DNA of 64,000 nt, taken from positions 1 to 64,000 of the forward strand of contig JANNXQ010000012.1 of assembly GCA_031409655.1 (NCBI GenBank). Reading direction: 5' to 3'. A program made the position numbers and the translations under genes. The notes beneath the pieces were generated by a model. That model searched no databases, was not told the origin of the DNA, and saw only the letters and a program-made list of their open reading frames with translations. Positions 18,839-27,249 of the stretch are shown here, in pieces (within the stretch, counting starts at the first letter, position 1; the number at the start of each line of letters is the position of its first letter). This DNA is from Chthoniobacteraceae bacterium (GTDB lineage Bacteria > Verrucomicrobiota > Verrucomicrobiia > Chthoniobacterales > Chthoniobacteraceae).

Positions 18839-19384
18839 TTATTCGAGTTCGTAGCGGGGCAGGGAGGGATCGACCTCCTGGCTCCAAGCGTCGATGCCGC
18901 CGCGCAGGGCGCGCACATTTTCCAAGCCGTGACCGGCGAAATATGCGCAGGCATCCAGGCTTCGCGTGCCACTGTGATCGACGAAGATGATGAGCGTGTC
19001 GCGGTCCCAGCCGCCGAGCGTGGGCATGAGTTCCTGGGTGAAGAAAGTCGCGCCGGTGATTTGGACGGTGTCAAATTCCTCGCGCGTGCGGATGTCCACG
19101 AGCCTGGCTTTGCCGGCGGCAACGAGCGCGGCAGCTTCGGCAGGGGCCACTTGCTGGCGGAGATCGCTCTCGTGGCTGGTGACGAGGTGCGCGGCGACTT
19201 CGTCCACGGGCAGAGAGCCATTGCGCGCACAGATCTCAGCGAGCGTTTCCTCCGGCTGGAAGCCGCAACTCGTGCAGCCGCCGATATGGTACTGGCGGAA
19301 GAGCGCCCGCTGCGCGCCGGGAAAATGCGCGAGGAGATCGCGCATCGGGAGATTCGGATCGAGCGAGGCGGGAACCGTGGACAT
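18839..19384 (-). CDS. DUF1858/ScdA-N-like domain fused to a rhodanese-like domain
   Basis: N-terminal FPGAQRALF..YHIGGCTSCGF..EETL; C-terminal LVDIRT.EEF, IFVDHSGTRS, L.GGIDAWS.EVDP.LPRY. Confidence 0.8.
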   Translation of the reverse strand: MSTVPASLDPNLPMRDLLAHFPGAQRALFRQYHIGGCTSCGFQPEETLAEICARNGSLPVDEVAAHLVTSHESDLRQQVAPAEAAALVAAGKARLVDIRTREEFDTVQITGATFFTQELMPTLGGWDRDTLIIFVDHSGTRSLDACAYFAGHGLENVRALRGGIDAWSQEVDPSLPRYELE

Positions 19385-19425
19385 GGGGTGACTCTAGTGG
19401 CGCGCTGCCGCGCTGACAAACGGGG

Positions 19426-20493
19426 TCAGTTGACGATGGGCGGCGCTTCCGGAGCCGGAGCGGGCTTCGGCGGAGGCGCTGGGATGGGCAAGGCCTTTGG
19501 TAAGTCGAGTCCACCCTCGGATTTCGGGTTGGCTCCCTTGAAGTAGCGGAGCAGATCGCCATCGGTGGTGAGCACCATCGTCGTGTCGGGGGTGATGCTC
19601 TTCTTGAGCGTGTCCATCGCTTTCATGAACTCGAACAACTGCGCGGCGACCGGGCTCTGATTGTAAGCTTGGGCGTAAATGTCTGTCGCCTTCGCATCAG
19701 CGGCGCCTTCGATCTCCTGGATCTTTTTGTAAGCCTCGGACTCGATGAGCTTCAGATCGCGATCGCGGTTGCCGAGGATCTTCGCGGCTTCGCCGGCCCC
19801 TTCGGAGCGGTAGCGATCGGCGATCTGCATGCGCTCCGAGACCATCCGGTCATAGATCGTGCGACTCACCGCCGGGTTGTAGTTGATGCGCTTAAAGCGC
19901 ACGTCGAGCAGTTCGATGCCGAGTTCGGCAGCCTTTGGCCGGGCCGTCGCGAGGATTTCCCTCTCGAGGGCCGGGCGCCCGAGTTGCACCGGCGGGAGGG
20001 TGCCGATGCGTGCTCCCGGCATGTTTGCCAGAGCCACGGGCAGGTTGGAATCGCGGGCGGCTTCGCGATCCTTGGTGCTGCGGATGACCTCGATGAGACT
20101 GTTCTTGGCGATGACGTTGCGCGTTTCACTCCCGATGATCGCATCGAGCCGCGAGAGCGCGGTGCGCTCGTCGTGGAGCTGGAGGAAGAAGATCAGCGGA
20201 TCAGCGATCCGCCACCGGCCAAAGGTATCCACGATGATGTTCGCCTTGTCCTTGGTCGGCATCTGCGCGGAGGGACCGTCCCACTCCAGCACGAGCTTGG
20301 AGAAACGATTTACCTTCTGGATAAAGGGCGTCTTGAAGTGCAAGCCAGCCTTGGTGATCGGCGTGCCGACCACTTTGCTGAACTGAGTGATGATGACCTG
20401 TTCGCGCATATCCACGGTGTAAGCCGCGGCGTTCACGAGGATCGCCAGCACGACGAAGGCGAGGAGTGCGAGTGAAGAGGTGATGGCTTTCAT
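19426..20493 (-). CDS. hflC: FtsH protease modulator HflC
   Basis: SPFH domain with GLHFKTPFIQ, PTKDK, WRIADPL.F, GIELLDVRFKRINY, RMVSER..IA..YRSEG. Confidence 0.92.
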   Translation of the reverse strand: MKAITSSLALLAFVVLAILVNAAAYTVDMREQVIITQFSKVVGTPITKAGLHFKTPFIQKVNRFSKLVLEWDGPSAQMPTKDKANIIVDTFGRWRIADPLIFFLQLHDERTALSRLDAIIGSETRNVIAKNSLIEVIRSTKDREAARDSNLPVALANMPGARIGTLPPVQLGRPALEREILATARPKAAELGIELLDVRFKRINYNPAVSRTIYDRMVSERMQIADRYRSEGAGEAAKILGNRDRDLKLIESEAYKKIQEIEGAADAKATDIYAQAYNQSPVAAQLFEFMKAMDTLKKSITPDTTMVLTTDGDLLRYFKGANPKSEGGLDLPKALPIPAPPPKPAPAPEAPPIVN

Positions 20494-21503
20494 GGGCGCG
20501 GCGTAGAGGTCTGGGTCGGTGCCTTCGGGGCGGGGTTTTGGCGCATCTGCAGCATCGGGAGAAATTGGGGCGCTTTTTCGTCGAGGATGATCTTGTTCGG
20601 AATCGTGGGCAGGATCTCCGCCATCGTCTCGAGGTAGAGCCGCTTGCGCGTCACCTCGGGAGCTTTCTGGTATTGATTCAAGAGCGCCACGAAACGGTTC
20701 GCGTCGCCCTCGGCTTCGTTCACGCGCTTGGTAGCGTAGCCTTCGGCGGCGCTGATCTTCTGCTCTGCTTCGCCGCGGGCTCGCGGCACGATCCGGTTGT
20801 ATTCACCGCTGGCCTGATTGATCAGCCCCTCTTTTTCCTGCTGCGCACGGTTCACCTCGTCAAAGCTCGCCTGCACGGGCTGCGGCGGGTTCACATTGCC
20901 GAGCTGTACCTGGTCGATCTGCAAGCCCATGCGCAGTCCCGTGACGATGCTTTGCAGCAGCTCCAGCGCGCGCGCTTCCATCTCCTGTCGGCCGATGGTC
21001 AGCACTTCATCCACGGTGCGATCGCCAACCACTTCGCGCATCACGCTCTCCGAGAGATCACGCAGCGTGGCCGTGGGCTCATTGAAGTTGAAGAGAAACT
21101 CCTGGGCGTTGCCGATGTGATAGCTCACCGCCCACTCGACGAGCGCCGAATTGAGGTCGCCCGAGACCATCGTCTTTTCCTCCTCGGGATTTTCGCCGTA
21201 CTGATCGGTATTCGTGGCGCCGCGGGTGGCGTAGCCAAACTCGAGTTTCAACTGCCGCTGCACGGGGACGATGGTCGCGATGTCGATCCCGAAGGGCAGC
21301 TTGAAGTGCAGCCCTGGATTCGCGGTGTCGGAGTAGGCGCCGAAGCGTTGAATCACGGCGACGGAGTTCGTCGGCACGGTGTAGAAGCAGCCAAACGCGC
21401 CGACGATCAGCGCCAGCGCAATCAAGGCGACGAGGATGATCGTGGGATTCACGTCGAGGCGCAAAGGCGGTCGGCGACCGGAGTTGGGATAGGGGCTAGG
21501 CAT
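20490..21503 (-). CDS. hflK: FtsH protease modulator HflK
   Basis: TM helix plus SPFH; PGLHFKLPFGID, MVSGDLN, PP.PVQASFDEVNRA, Y.KAPEVTR.RLYLETM. Start trimmed to ATG 21503. Confidence 0.92.
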   Translation of the reverse strand: MPSPYPNSGRRPPLRLDVNPTIILVALIALALIVGAFGCFYTVPTNSVAVIQRFGAYSDTANPGLHFKLPFGIDIATIVPVQRQLKLEFGYATRGATNTDQYGENPEEEKTMVSGDLNSALVEWAVSYHIGNAQEFLFNFNEPTATLRDLSESVMREVVGDRTVDEVLTIGRQEMEARALELLQSIVTGLRMGLQIDQVQLGNVNPPQPVQASFDEVNRAQQEKEGLINQASGEYNRIVPRARGEAEQKISAAEGYATKRVNEAEGDANRFVALLNQYQKAPEVTRKRLYLETMAEILPTIPNKIILDEKAPQFLPMLQMRQNPAPKAPTQTSTPRP

Positions 21504-21573
21504 AGGAATGGATGGACGGGCGCGGAGGATAGGGGCGAGTGGATGCGATAGCAACAGGCACCCGTCTTGGGGC

Positions 21574-21715
21574 CGTTTGGCGTTTGGAGTTTCGAGTTCC
21601 CGATTCGTCGCGTGCGTCACCGCAGACGCAGCCATTTTCCTGGTAGGCGCCCGCGGAAGAAGGTGCGCCCCTGATCAACACCAAACTCGAAACTTGAAAC
21701 TGCAAACGCCAAACG
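21574..21715. repeat. Inverted arrays of 7-bp repeats (palindromic intergenic element)
   Basis: Left arm cgtttgg-cgtttgg-agtttcg-agttccc; right arm ccaaact-cgaaact-tgaaact-gcaaacg-ccaaacg is its near reverse complement; about 80 bp spacer. Confidence 0.8.
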
Positions 21716-21802
21716 TGCTGCGCGGCGATCGTTTGCCGCACCGGTTGACCCGCTCCCGCGCGGTCCATTAGTCTGCCCGCCCATGCGACTCCGGCCCCAG
21801 CG

Positions 21803-23146
21803 ATGAATTCAGAAACGAACCCCCTCCTGGGGCTCCACGGATATCTGATCGATGCCCCGGAATATGACCGGCTGCGCACCCGGATCGACGGCGCCCTGAT
21901 CCTCGATGGCGCCCACATCGCCGAGGTCGGCGACTACCGCGAGCTCTCGACCCGCACCCGCCCGCGCCCCGTCCGCTGGCTGCATTCGAGCCCCGTCGCG
22001 ATCTTTCCGGGCCTCATCGATCTGCACACGCATCTGCCGCAGTATCCGGCCGTGGCGCGGGGCGAAAGTGAACTTCTGCCGTGGTTGCGGCGGCACATTT
22101 TCCCGCTGGAGCGGGACTTCAAAGGCGCGCGCGTGGGCCGCGAGTCCGCCGCCTTTTTCGCCGATCTCGCCCGGCACGGCACCACCACGGCGATGGTCTA
22201 TGCGGCGATCTACGAAGACTCCACGGAGGCCGCCTTTCACGCCGCGCTCGCGAGTGGGCTGCGCGTGATCATGGGCAAGATGATGATGGACGTGGGCAGC
22301 TACGGGAATCTACAACCGACGAAGGTCGTCTCCATCTCGCTCCACGAAAGCGAGCGGCTCTGCAAGACCTGGCACGGCGCGGGGAATGGTCTCATCGAGT
22401 ATGCGTTCAGCCCGCGCTTCGCCGTCTCGTGCAGCGAGAAAATGATGCGCGGTGCGGCGGAACTGGCGGCGAAGTACGGGGCCTACCTCCAGACGCATCT
22501 CGCGGAGAACCTGGAGGAGATCGAGAAAGTGCGGCATCAGTTCGCGAGTGCTCAGGATTATACCGATGTGTATGACCAGTGCGGCCTGCTCACGGAGCGC
22601 ACGGTGCTCGGGCACTGCATCCATCTCAGTGATCGCGAACGCGCAACGCTGGCCGCGCGCGGAGCCCGGGTCGCGCACTGCCCCACGGCGAATCTTTTCC
22701 TGAACAGCGGCATCATGCCGCTCGATCGGATGCGGGCGGCGGGGATTTCCATCGGTCTCGGCAGCGACGTCGCGGCCGGGCCGGAGCTGAATCTCTGGCA
22801 GGTGATGCGCAGCGCGATCGAATCGCAGAAAGCGCGCTCGATGTATGAGCCCGAGGTGAAGGTGCCCACGCCCGGGACGGTGCTGCACCTCGCGACGCAG
22901 GGCGCCGCGGATGCCCTCGGGAAAGGCGCGCAGATCGGCAGTCTCGAAGTGGGGCGCGAGGCGGATCTCACGGTCATGGATCTCGGCGCGCTGCTGCCCT
23001 ATCGCCAGAGTTCCAGCTCGGTGGGCGAACTGACTGGCGAGGATGTCCTGAATCTCTGCATCTACCGCGGCGGCCCCCACGCGCTGCTCGAAACCATTGT
23101 GCGTGGACAGAGCGTCTTTCGTTCGCCGGAGCCAGAGTTGTTTTAA
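21803..23146 (+). CDS. guaD: Guanine deaminase (amidohydrolase family)
   Basis: PGLIDLHTHLPQY, LL.WL...IFP.E, GTTTA, SPRFAVSCS, QTHLAEN, GHCIH, HCPTANLFL.SG, GSDVAAG. Confidence 0.88.
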   Translation: MNSETNPLLGLHGYLIDAPEYDRLRTRIDGALILDGAHIAEVGDYRELSTRTRPRPVRWLHSSPVAIFPGLIDLHTHLPQYPAVARGESELLPWLRRHIFPLERDFKGARVGRESAAFFADLARHGTTTAMVYAAIYEDSTEAAFHAALASGLRVIMGKMMMDVGSYGNLQPTKVVSISLHESERLCKTWHGAGNGLIEYAFSPRFAVSCSEKMMRGAAELAAKYGAYLQTHLAENLEEIEKVRHQFASAQDYTDVYDQCGLLTERTVLGHCIHLSDRERATLAARGARVAHCPTANLFLNSGIMPLDRMRAAGISIGLGSDVAAGPELNLWQVMRSAIESQKARSMYEPEVKVPTPGTVLHLATQGAADALGKGAQIGSLEVGREADLTVMDLGALLPYRQSSSSVGELTGEDVLNLCIYRGGPHALLETIVRGQSVFRSPEPELF

Positions 23147-23177
23147 CCCCATCGTGATGCTGGTGAGTTTTGATTTT

Positions 23178-23273
23178 AACGCAGGGACGCAGAGGCGCGG
23201 AGGGCGCAGAGAAGAATGTCGTTCTCTGTTTTCTTTTGGAGCCTTCGCCTCTGCGTCTCGGCGGCTCGGCGTT
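23178..23273. repeat. Palindromic element built from 8-9 bp cgcagag-type units
   Basis: aacgcaggg-acgcagag-gcgcggag-ggcgcagag ... ccttcgc-ctctgcgt-ctcggcgg-ctcggcgtt in the guaD-nadC spacer; the arms are imperfect reverse complements. Confidence 0.7.
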
Positions 23274-23293
23274 TTGGAAAATCACTGATCTGC

Positions 23294-24148
23294 ATGGAAA
23301 CGGCCAAGCCAGCAGGGGAGGTGACTCACGACGCGATCTCCATCGCGCTCGCGGAAGACATCGGCACCGGTGATCTCACGTCGCGCTATTTCGTCGCAGA
23401 GGAAACGCGGGAGGCGCGGATCTTCGCCAAGGAATCCGCCGTGGTCGCGGGCGCGGAGACGGCGGCGGAAGTCTTTCGGCGGATCGATGCCGCGGTCGCG
23501 GTGCAAGTGCTGAAGCCCTCCGGCAGCCGGGTCGCGGTGAGTGACACGGTGCTCGCGATCCGCGGTTCGGTGCGCTCCATCCTCACCGCCGAGCGCGTGG
23601 CACTGAATTTCCTCCAGCGCCTCTCCGGCGTCGCCACCCTCACGCGGCGCTACGTGGATGCCGTCGCCCCGCATCGCGCCCGCATCCTCGACACGCGCAA
23701 GACCACGCCAGGCCTGCGCGTGCTCGAAAAGGCGGCGGTCGTCGCGGGCGGCGGAACCAATCACCGCTTCGGCCTGTACGATATGGTGATGGTGAAGGAC
23801 AATCACCTCGCCGCGCAGCACACCCTCGGGGATTTGCAGGCGGCGATCACGCGCTTTCGCGGGGAACATCCTGGCGTGCGCGTCGAGGTGGAGGCGGACC
23901 GGCTCGATCAAGTGCGAAACTTTCTGACCCTCGCCGGCATCGACGTCATCCTGCTCGACAACATGCCCTGCTCGACCCTGCGTGAAGCGGTGCGGCTCGT
24001 CGCGGGCCGCGTGCCGCTCGAGGCCAGCGGTGGCGTGAATTTGGAAACGGTGCCGGCGATCGCGGCCACCGGCGTGGACTTCATCTCCGTGGGCGCGCTC
24101 ACGCACTCGGCGCGGGCGATCGACTACTCGCTCGAGCTGCTCGGATGA
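23294..24148 (+). CDS. nadC: Nicotinate-nucleotide diphosphorylase (carboxylating)
   Basis: LAED...GDLTS, ILTAERVALNFLQRLSGVAT, DTRKTTPGLR, HRFGLYD..MVKDNH, EASGG. Start ATG 23294. Confidence 0.96.
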   Translation: METAKPAGEVTHDAISIALAEDIGTGDLTSRYFVAEETREARIFAKESAVVAGAETAAEVFRRIDAAVAVQVLKPSGSRVAVSDTVLAIRGSVRSILTAERVALNFLQRLSGVATLTRRYVDAVAPHRARILDTRKTTPGLRVLEKAAVVAGGGTNHRFGLYDMVMVKDNHLAAQHTLGDLQAAITRFRGEHPGVRVEVEADRLDQVRNFLTLAGIDVILLDNMPCSTLREAVRLVAGRVPLEASGGVNLETVPAIAATGVDFISVGALTHSARAIDYSLELLG

Positions 24149-25131
24149 GCGCGGTCGATGTCGCGCTGCTCCGCGCGCTGCGGGCGAGTCGCGGGCATTC
24201 TCCAGGGGCGGAATTCGCGACGCAGCTCGGCATCCCGCTCAGCGCGGTCAAGTCGCACATCGCGGCGTTGATCGCAGCGGGCTTTGAGATCGAGCAGCAT
24301 CCGGGACTCGGCTACCGCCTGCTCTCCGCGCCGGACCGGCTCATCGCGGACGATCTTTTCGCGCGGCTCGGACTTGGTGCGTTGATCCGCGAGATCACCG
24401 TCTTTGCGGAGACGGATTCCACGAATGACCGGGCCGCGCAGCTTGGGCGCGGCGGGGTGGCGCCGGGCGTCGCCGTTTTCGCCGAGCGCCAGACCGCCGG
24501 GCGGGGACGTTTCGGACGGCGTTGGGATTCGGCGGGCCGCCGCGGGCTGTGGTTTTCGCTGCTGCTGCGACCAGATTTCCGCGTCGCCTATTGGGCGCGC
24601 CTCACGACCTGGGCGGCCACGGGGATCGCGGCGGCGATCGAGCGCGAGACTGGCCTGCCGGTGCGGATCAAATGGCCGAATGACATCTTCATCGCCGGGC
24701 GCAAGATCGCCGGCATCCTCACTGAGACCGTCTTTGAAGCGGGCGTGGATCCATTCGCAATCGTCGGCATCGGCGTGAACGTGAATCACGAGCCGACCGA
24801 CTTTCCCTCCACGCTCGCGGCGAAGGCTGGCTCACTCCGCATGGCCACGGGGCGGGTGCTCGATCGTGCCGCGCTCGCCGCCGCCATCCTCCGCGAACTC
24901 GCCGCGCGCTGGCCCTTACTCGATCGCGCCTTTCCGGACCTCGTCGCCGAATCGCAAGCGCGCAGCGAACTGCTCGGAAAGTGGATCCAGGTGCAGGCGG
25001 GCCAGACGGTGGTGGAAGGGGTGGCCGAGGGACTCGACGCGGAGGGGCAGCTTTTCCTGCGCGACGCGAGTGGCCTCCTCCGGACGCTCAGCGCCGGCGA
25101 GGTCTCCATCCTCCCGGCGGTGCCCGGATAG
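24145..25131 (+). CDS. birA: Bifunctional biotin--protein ligase / repressor with N-terminal HTH
   Basis: HTH (SPGAEFA..LGI..SAV..HI..L...GF.I...PGLGY), DSTND, QTAGRGRFGR.W, IKWPNDI, KIAGIL, GIGVNVN. Confidence 0.94.
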   Translation: MSAVDVALLRALRASRGHSPGAEFATQLGIPLSAVKSHIAALIAAGFEIEQHPGLGYRLLSAPDRLIADDLFARLGLGALIREITVFAETDSTNDRAAQLGRGGVAPGVAVFAERQTAGRGRFGRRWDSAGRRGLWFSLLLRPDFRVAYWARLTTWAATGIAAAIERETGLPVRIKWPNDIFIAGRKIAGILTETVFEAGVDPFAIVGIGVNVNHEPTDFPSTLAAKAGSLRMATGRVLDRAALAAAILRELAARWPLLDRAFPDLVAESQARSELLGKWIQVQAGQTVVEGVAEGLDAEGQLFLRDASGLLRTLSAGEVSILPAVPG

Positions 25132-25293
25132 CAGCGCAGGGTCTCATTTCGCACCCGGGCTTCTCGAATCTGCAAATCAGGAGGAGCGCCGTTCAGAGCC
25201 CCGGGGTCTTGTCGCAGCCACCATAATCGCCGGCGGTGGAAGTCGGCGCTTTGACCGCGGGGGCATCGCGTCTGCTCCCAGCGGAAGGACTCC

Positions 25294-26052
25294 ATGCAGA
25301 TCGAATACTCGGAATATCAGGACCACCTCGTGCGCGGTCTCGCTCATCGCATGAATAATATCCTGACGCTTTTCCACGGCTACCTCGGTCTGCTGCTGGA
25401 CAATACCAAGCTCACTGGCCCGGAGCGCGAGGGTCTGGAGCGCATCACGAAAGGGGCGCGAGTGGCGACCGAACTGATCGATCGCACCCATGCGCTGGTG
25501 CGTTCCGTCGGACCCGGCGAGCGGGAAATCGACGTGGCCATCCTACTCCGAATGTTGCGCCCCTCCTTCGACGCGCGACTCGGGCCGAAGACGAACCTCC
25601 TGCTCGAGGTTCCCGAGCATCTTCCGATCGTCACCGCCGACGCCGTGCGCATGCGGACGGCCATCGTCGAGATGGTGCGAAACGCCATCGAGGCGACCTT
25701 CGCGGGAGGGAAAGTCGCGGTCTCCTGCGAGGAGATTCCGGCACCCGCTGGAGACGGGGCAGGGGAGCCGATCCCGTGGATCTTGGTGCGGGTGGTGGAC
25801 GATGGCGCGGGCGTCCCGGAACGAATTGCCGAAACGCTCTTCCATCCCTTTGTCACGACGAAGAAACAGCAAGAGTCCGCCGGCCTGGGTCTGACGCTCG
25901 CGCTGACTTTTGCGCAGCAACACGGCGGCGACATTTCCTACAAGAGCCAGCGGGGCGAGACGACTTTCGAGATGCGGATTCCCTGCCAGCGGGAGTGCAG
26001 GAGCCAGGAGCCCGCTACGCCTCCAGCGACTTCGGCGTTTTCGGGATCGTGA
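25294..26052 (+). CDS. Sensor-less histidine kinase-like protein (DHp + HATPase)
   Basis: GLAHRMNNILT H-box, EMVRNAIEA, DDGAG, FHPFVTTK, GLGL; only about 12 residues precede the H-box helix. Confidence 0.8.
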   Translation: MQIEYSEYQDHLVRGLAHRMNNILTLFHGYLGLLLDNTKLTGPEREGLERITKGARVATELIDRTHALVRSVGPGEREIDVAILLRMLRPSFDARLGPKTNLLLEVPEHLPIVTADAVRMRTAIVEMVRNAIEATFAGGKVAVSCEEIPAPAGDGAGEPIPWILVRVVDDGAGVPERIAETLFHPFVTTKKQQESAGLGLTLALTFAQQHGGDISYKSQRGETTFEMRIPCQRECRSQEPATPPATSAFSGS

Positions 26053-27121
26053 AGCGAAACGTCGTGCCTTTTCCGGGCTCCGACTCGATCCAGATCCGCC
26101 CGCCGTGGTGCTCGACGACTTTCTTGCAAACGGCAAGGCCGATCCCGGTGCCGGGGTATTCACTCCGCGCATGGAGTCGCCGGAAGATGGTGAAGAGTTG
26201 ATCGAAAAACTTCGGATCGATGCCGATGCCATTGTCGCTCACGGCAAAGCTCCACTCGGCACCGGTGTCCAGCGCCGCCAGATGGACCTGCGGCGCTTCC
26301 TTGCCGTGAAATTTGAGCCCGTTGGCAATGAGATTTTGCAAGAGCTGCGTGAGTTGCGTGGGATCACCCAGAATCGTGGGCAGCGGATCGTGCGTCACCT
26401 TTCCACCACTGCCCGCGATGGCGACCTCGAGGCTCTTGAGGACTTGAGCGAAGATGTTTGCGAGCGCCGTCGGCTGGAGAGGTTTTGCCTGATTCCCGAC
26501 GCGCGAGTAGGCGAGGAGATCCTGAATCAACGTCCGCATCCGCGTCGCGCCGTCCGCCGCGATCGCGATGAACTTGCCCGCATCAGGACCGAGCTTGTCG
26601 TGAAAGCGGTGGTGCAGCAGATCGAGATAGCTGGAGACCGTGCGCAGCGGTTCCTGCAGATCGTGCGACGCCACCGAGGCAAATTGCTCCAGCTCGGCAT
26701 TCGAGCGTTTCAGCTCCTCGGTCCGGCGGAGCAGCTCTTCTTCCGAATGTTTGTGCGCCGTGATGTCGCGCGCCGCGGCGTAGATCGTGGAGAGATGCCG
26801 CACCGGCGTCGCTTGCCAGAGCAGCCATTTATACGAGCCGTCCCGGCACCGATAGCGGTTCTCAAACCAGATGGTGTCCCCTCCGGCGGAAAGCTTCTGG
26901 GCCTCGGCAATGGTTGCCGCCTGGTCGTCGGGATGCACGTAGCTGAGATACGGCACGGCCATCAGCTCCGCCTTCGAATATCCGAGCGTCTTTTCCCACG
27001 CGGTATTGATCCGCTTAAAATAGCCGTCCACGTCTGCGATGCAGAGCATCTCGAGCGAAAGCTCAAAGAAGCGATGCAGTTCATCACTGACTTCCGCGTT
27101 CGGTAGGTCGGGCGTTTTCAC
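26015..27121 (-). CDS. Cytoplasmic PAS-domain histidine kinase
   Basis: PAS (VHPDD, FENRYRCRDGSYKW), SHDLQEPLR, QNLIANGLKF, DNGIGI, GTGIGLA. Confidence 0.92.
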   Translation of the reverse strand: MKTPDLPNAEVSDELHRFFELSLEMLCIADVDGYFKRINTAWEKTLGYSKAELMAVPYLSYVHPDDQAATIAEAQKLSAGGDTIWFENRYRCRDGSYKWLLWQATPVRHLSTIYAAARDITAHKHSEEELLRRTEELKRSNAELEQFASVASHDLQEPLRTVSSYLDLLHHRFHDKLGPDAGKFIAIAADGATRMRTLIQDLLAYSRVGNQAKPLQPTALANIFAQVLKSLEVAIAGSGGKVTHDPLPTILGDPTQLTQLLQNLIANGLKFHGKEAPQVHLAALDTGAEWSFAVSDNGIGIDPKFFDQLFTIFRRLHARSEYPGTGIGLAVCKKVVEHHGGRIWIESEPGKGTTFRFTIPKTPKSLEA

Positions 27122-27249
27122 ACAGCGCGCCAGCGTTCAGCGCACCGCGAATCATCGGCAAAGCAGGTGGAGGGTCAATCTCGCAGGATAGCGAGGTGCG
27201 GCCATTGACCCCCCGCGGCCTCCCATCTAGCCTCGCCACTCTTTTCCCA

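Noticed and set aside
18835..19419. Long N-terminal extension of the IscU-like ORF given in the track (also the extensions on hisJ-like, hflK, nuoN, GH50, apt and htrA ORFs)
   Set aside because: The extensions overlap neighbouring genes or spacers and read as non-protein-like; starts were trimmed to downstream codons.
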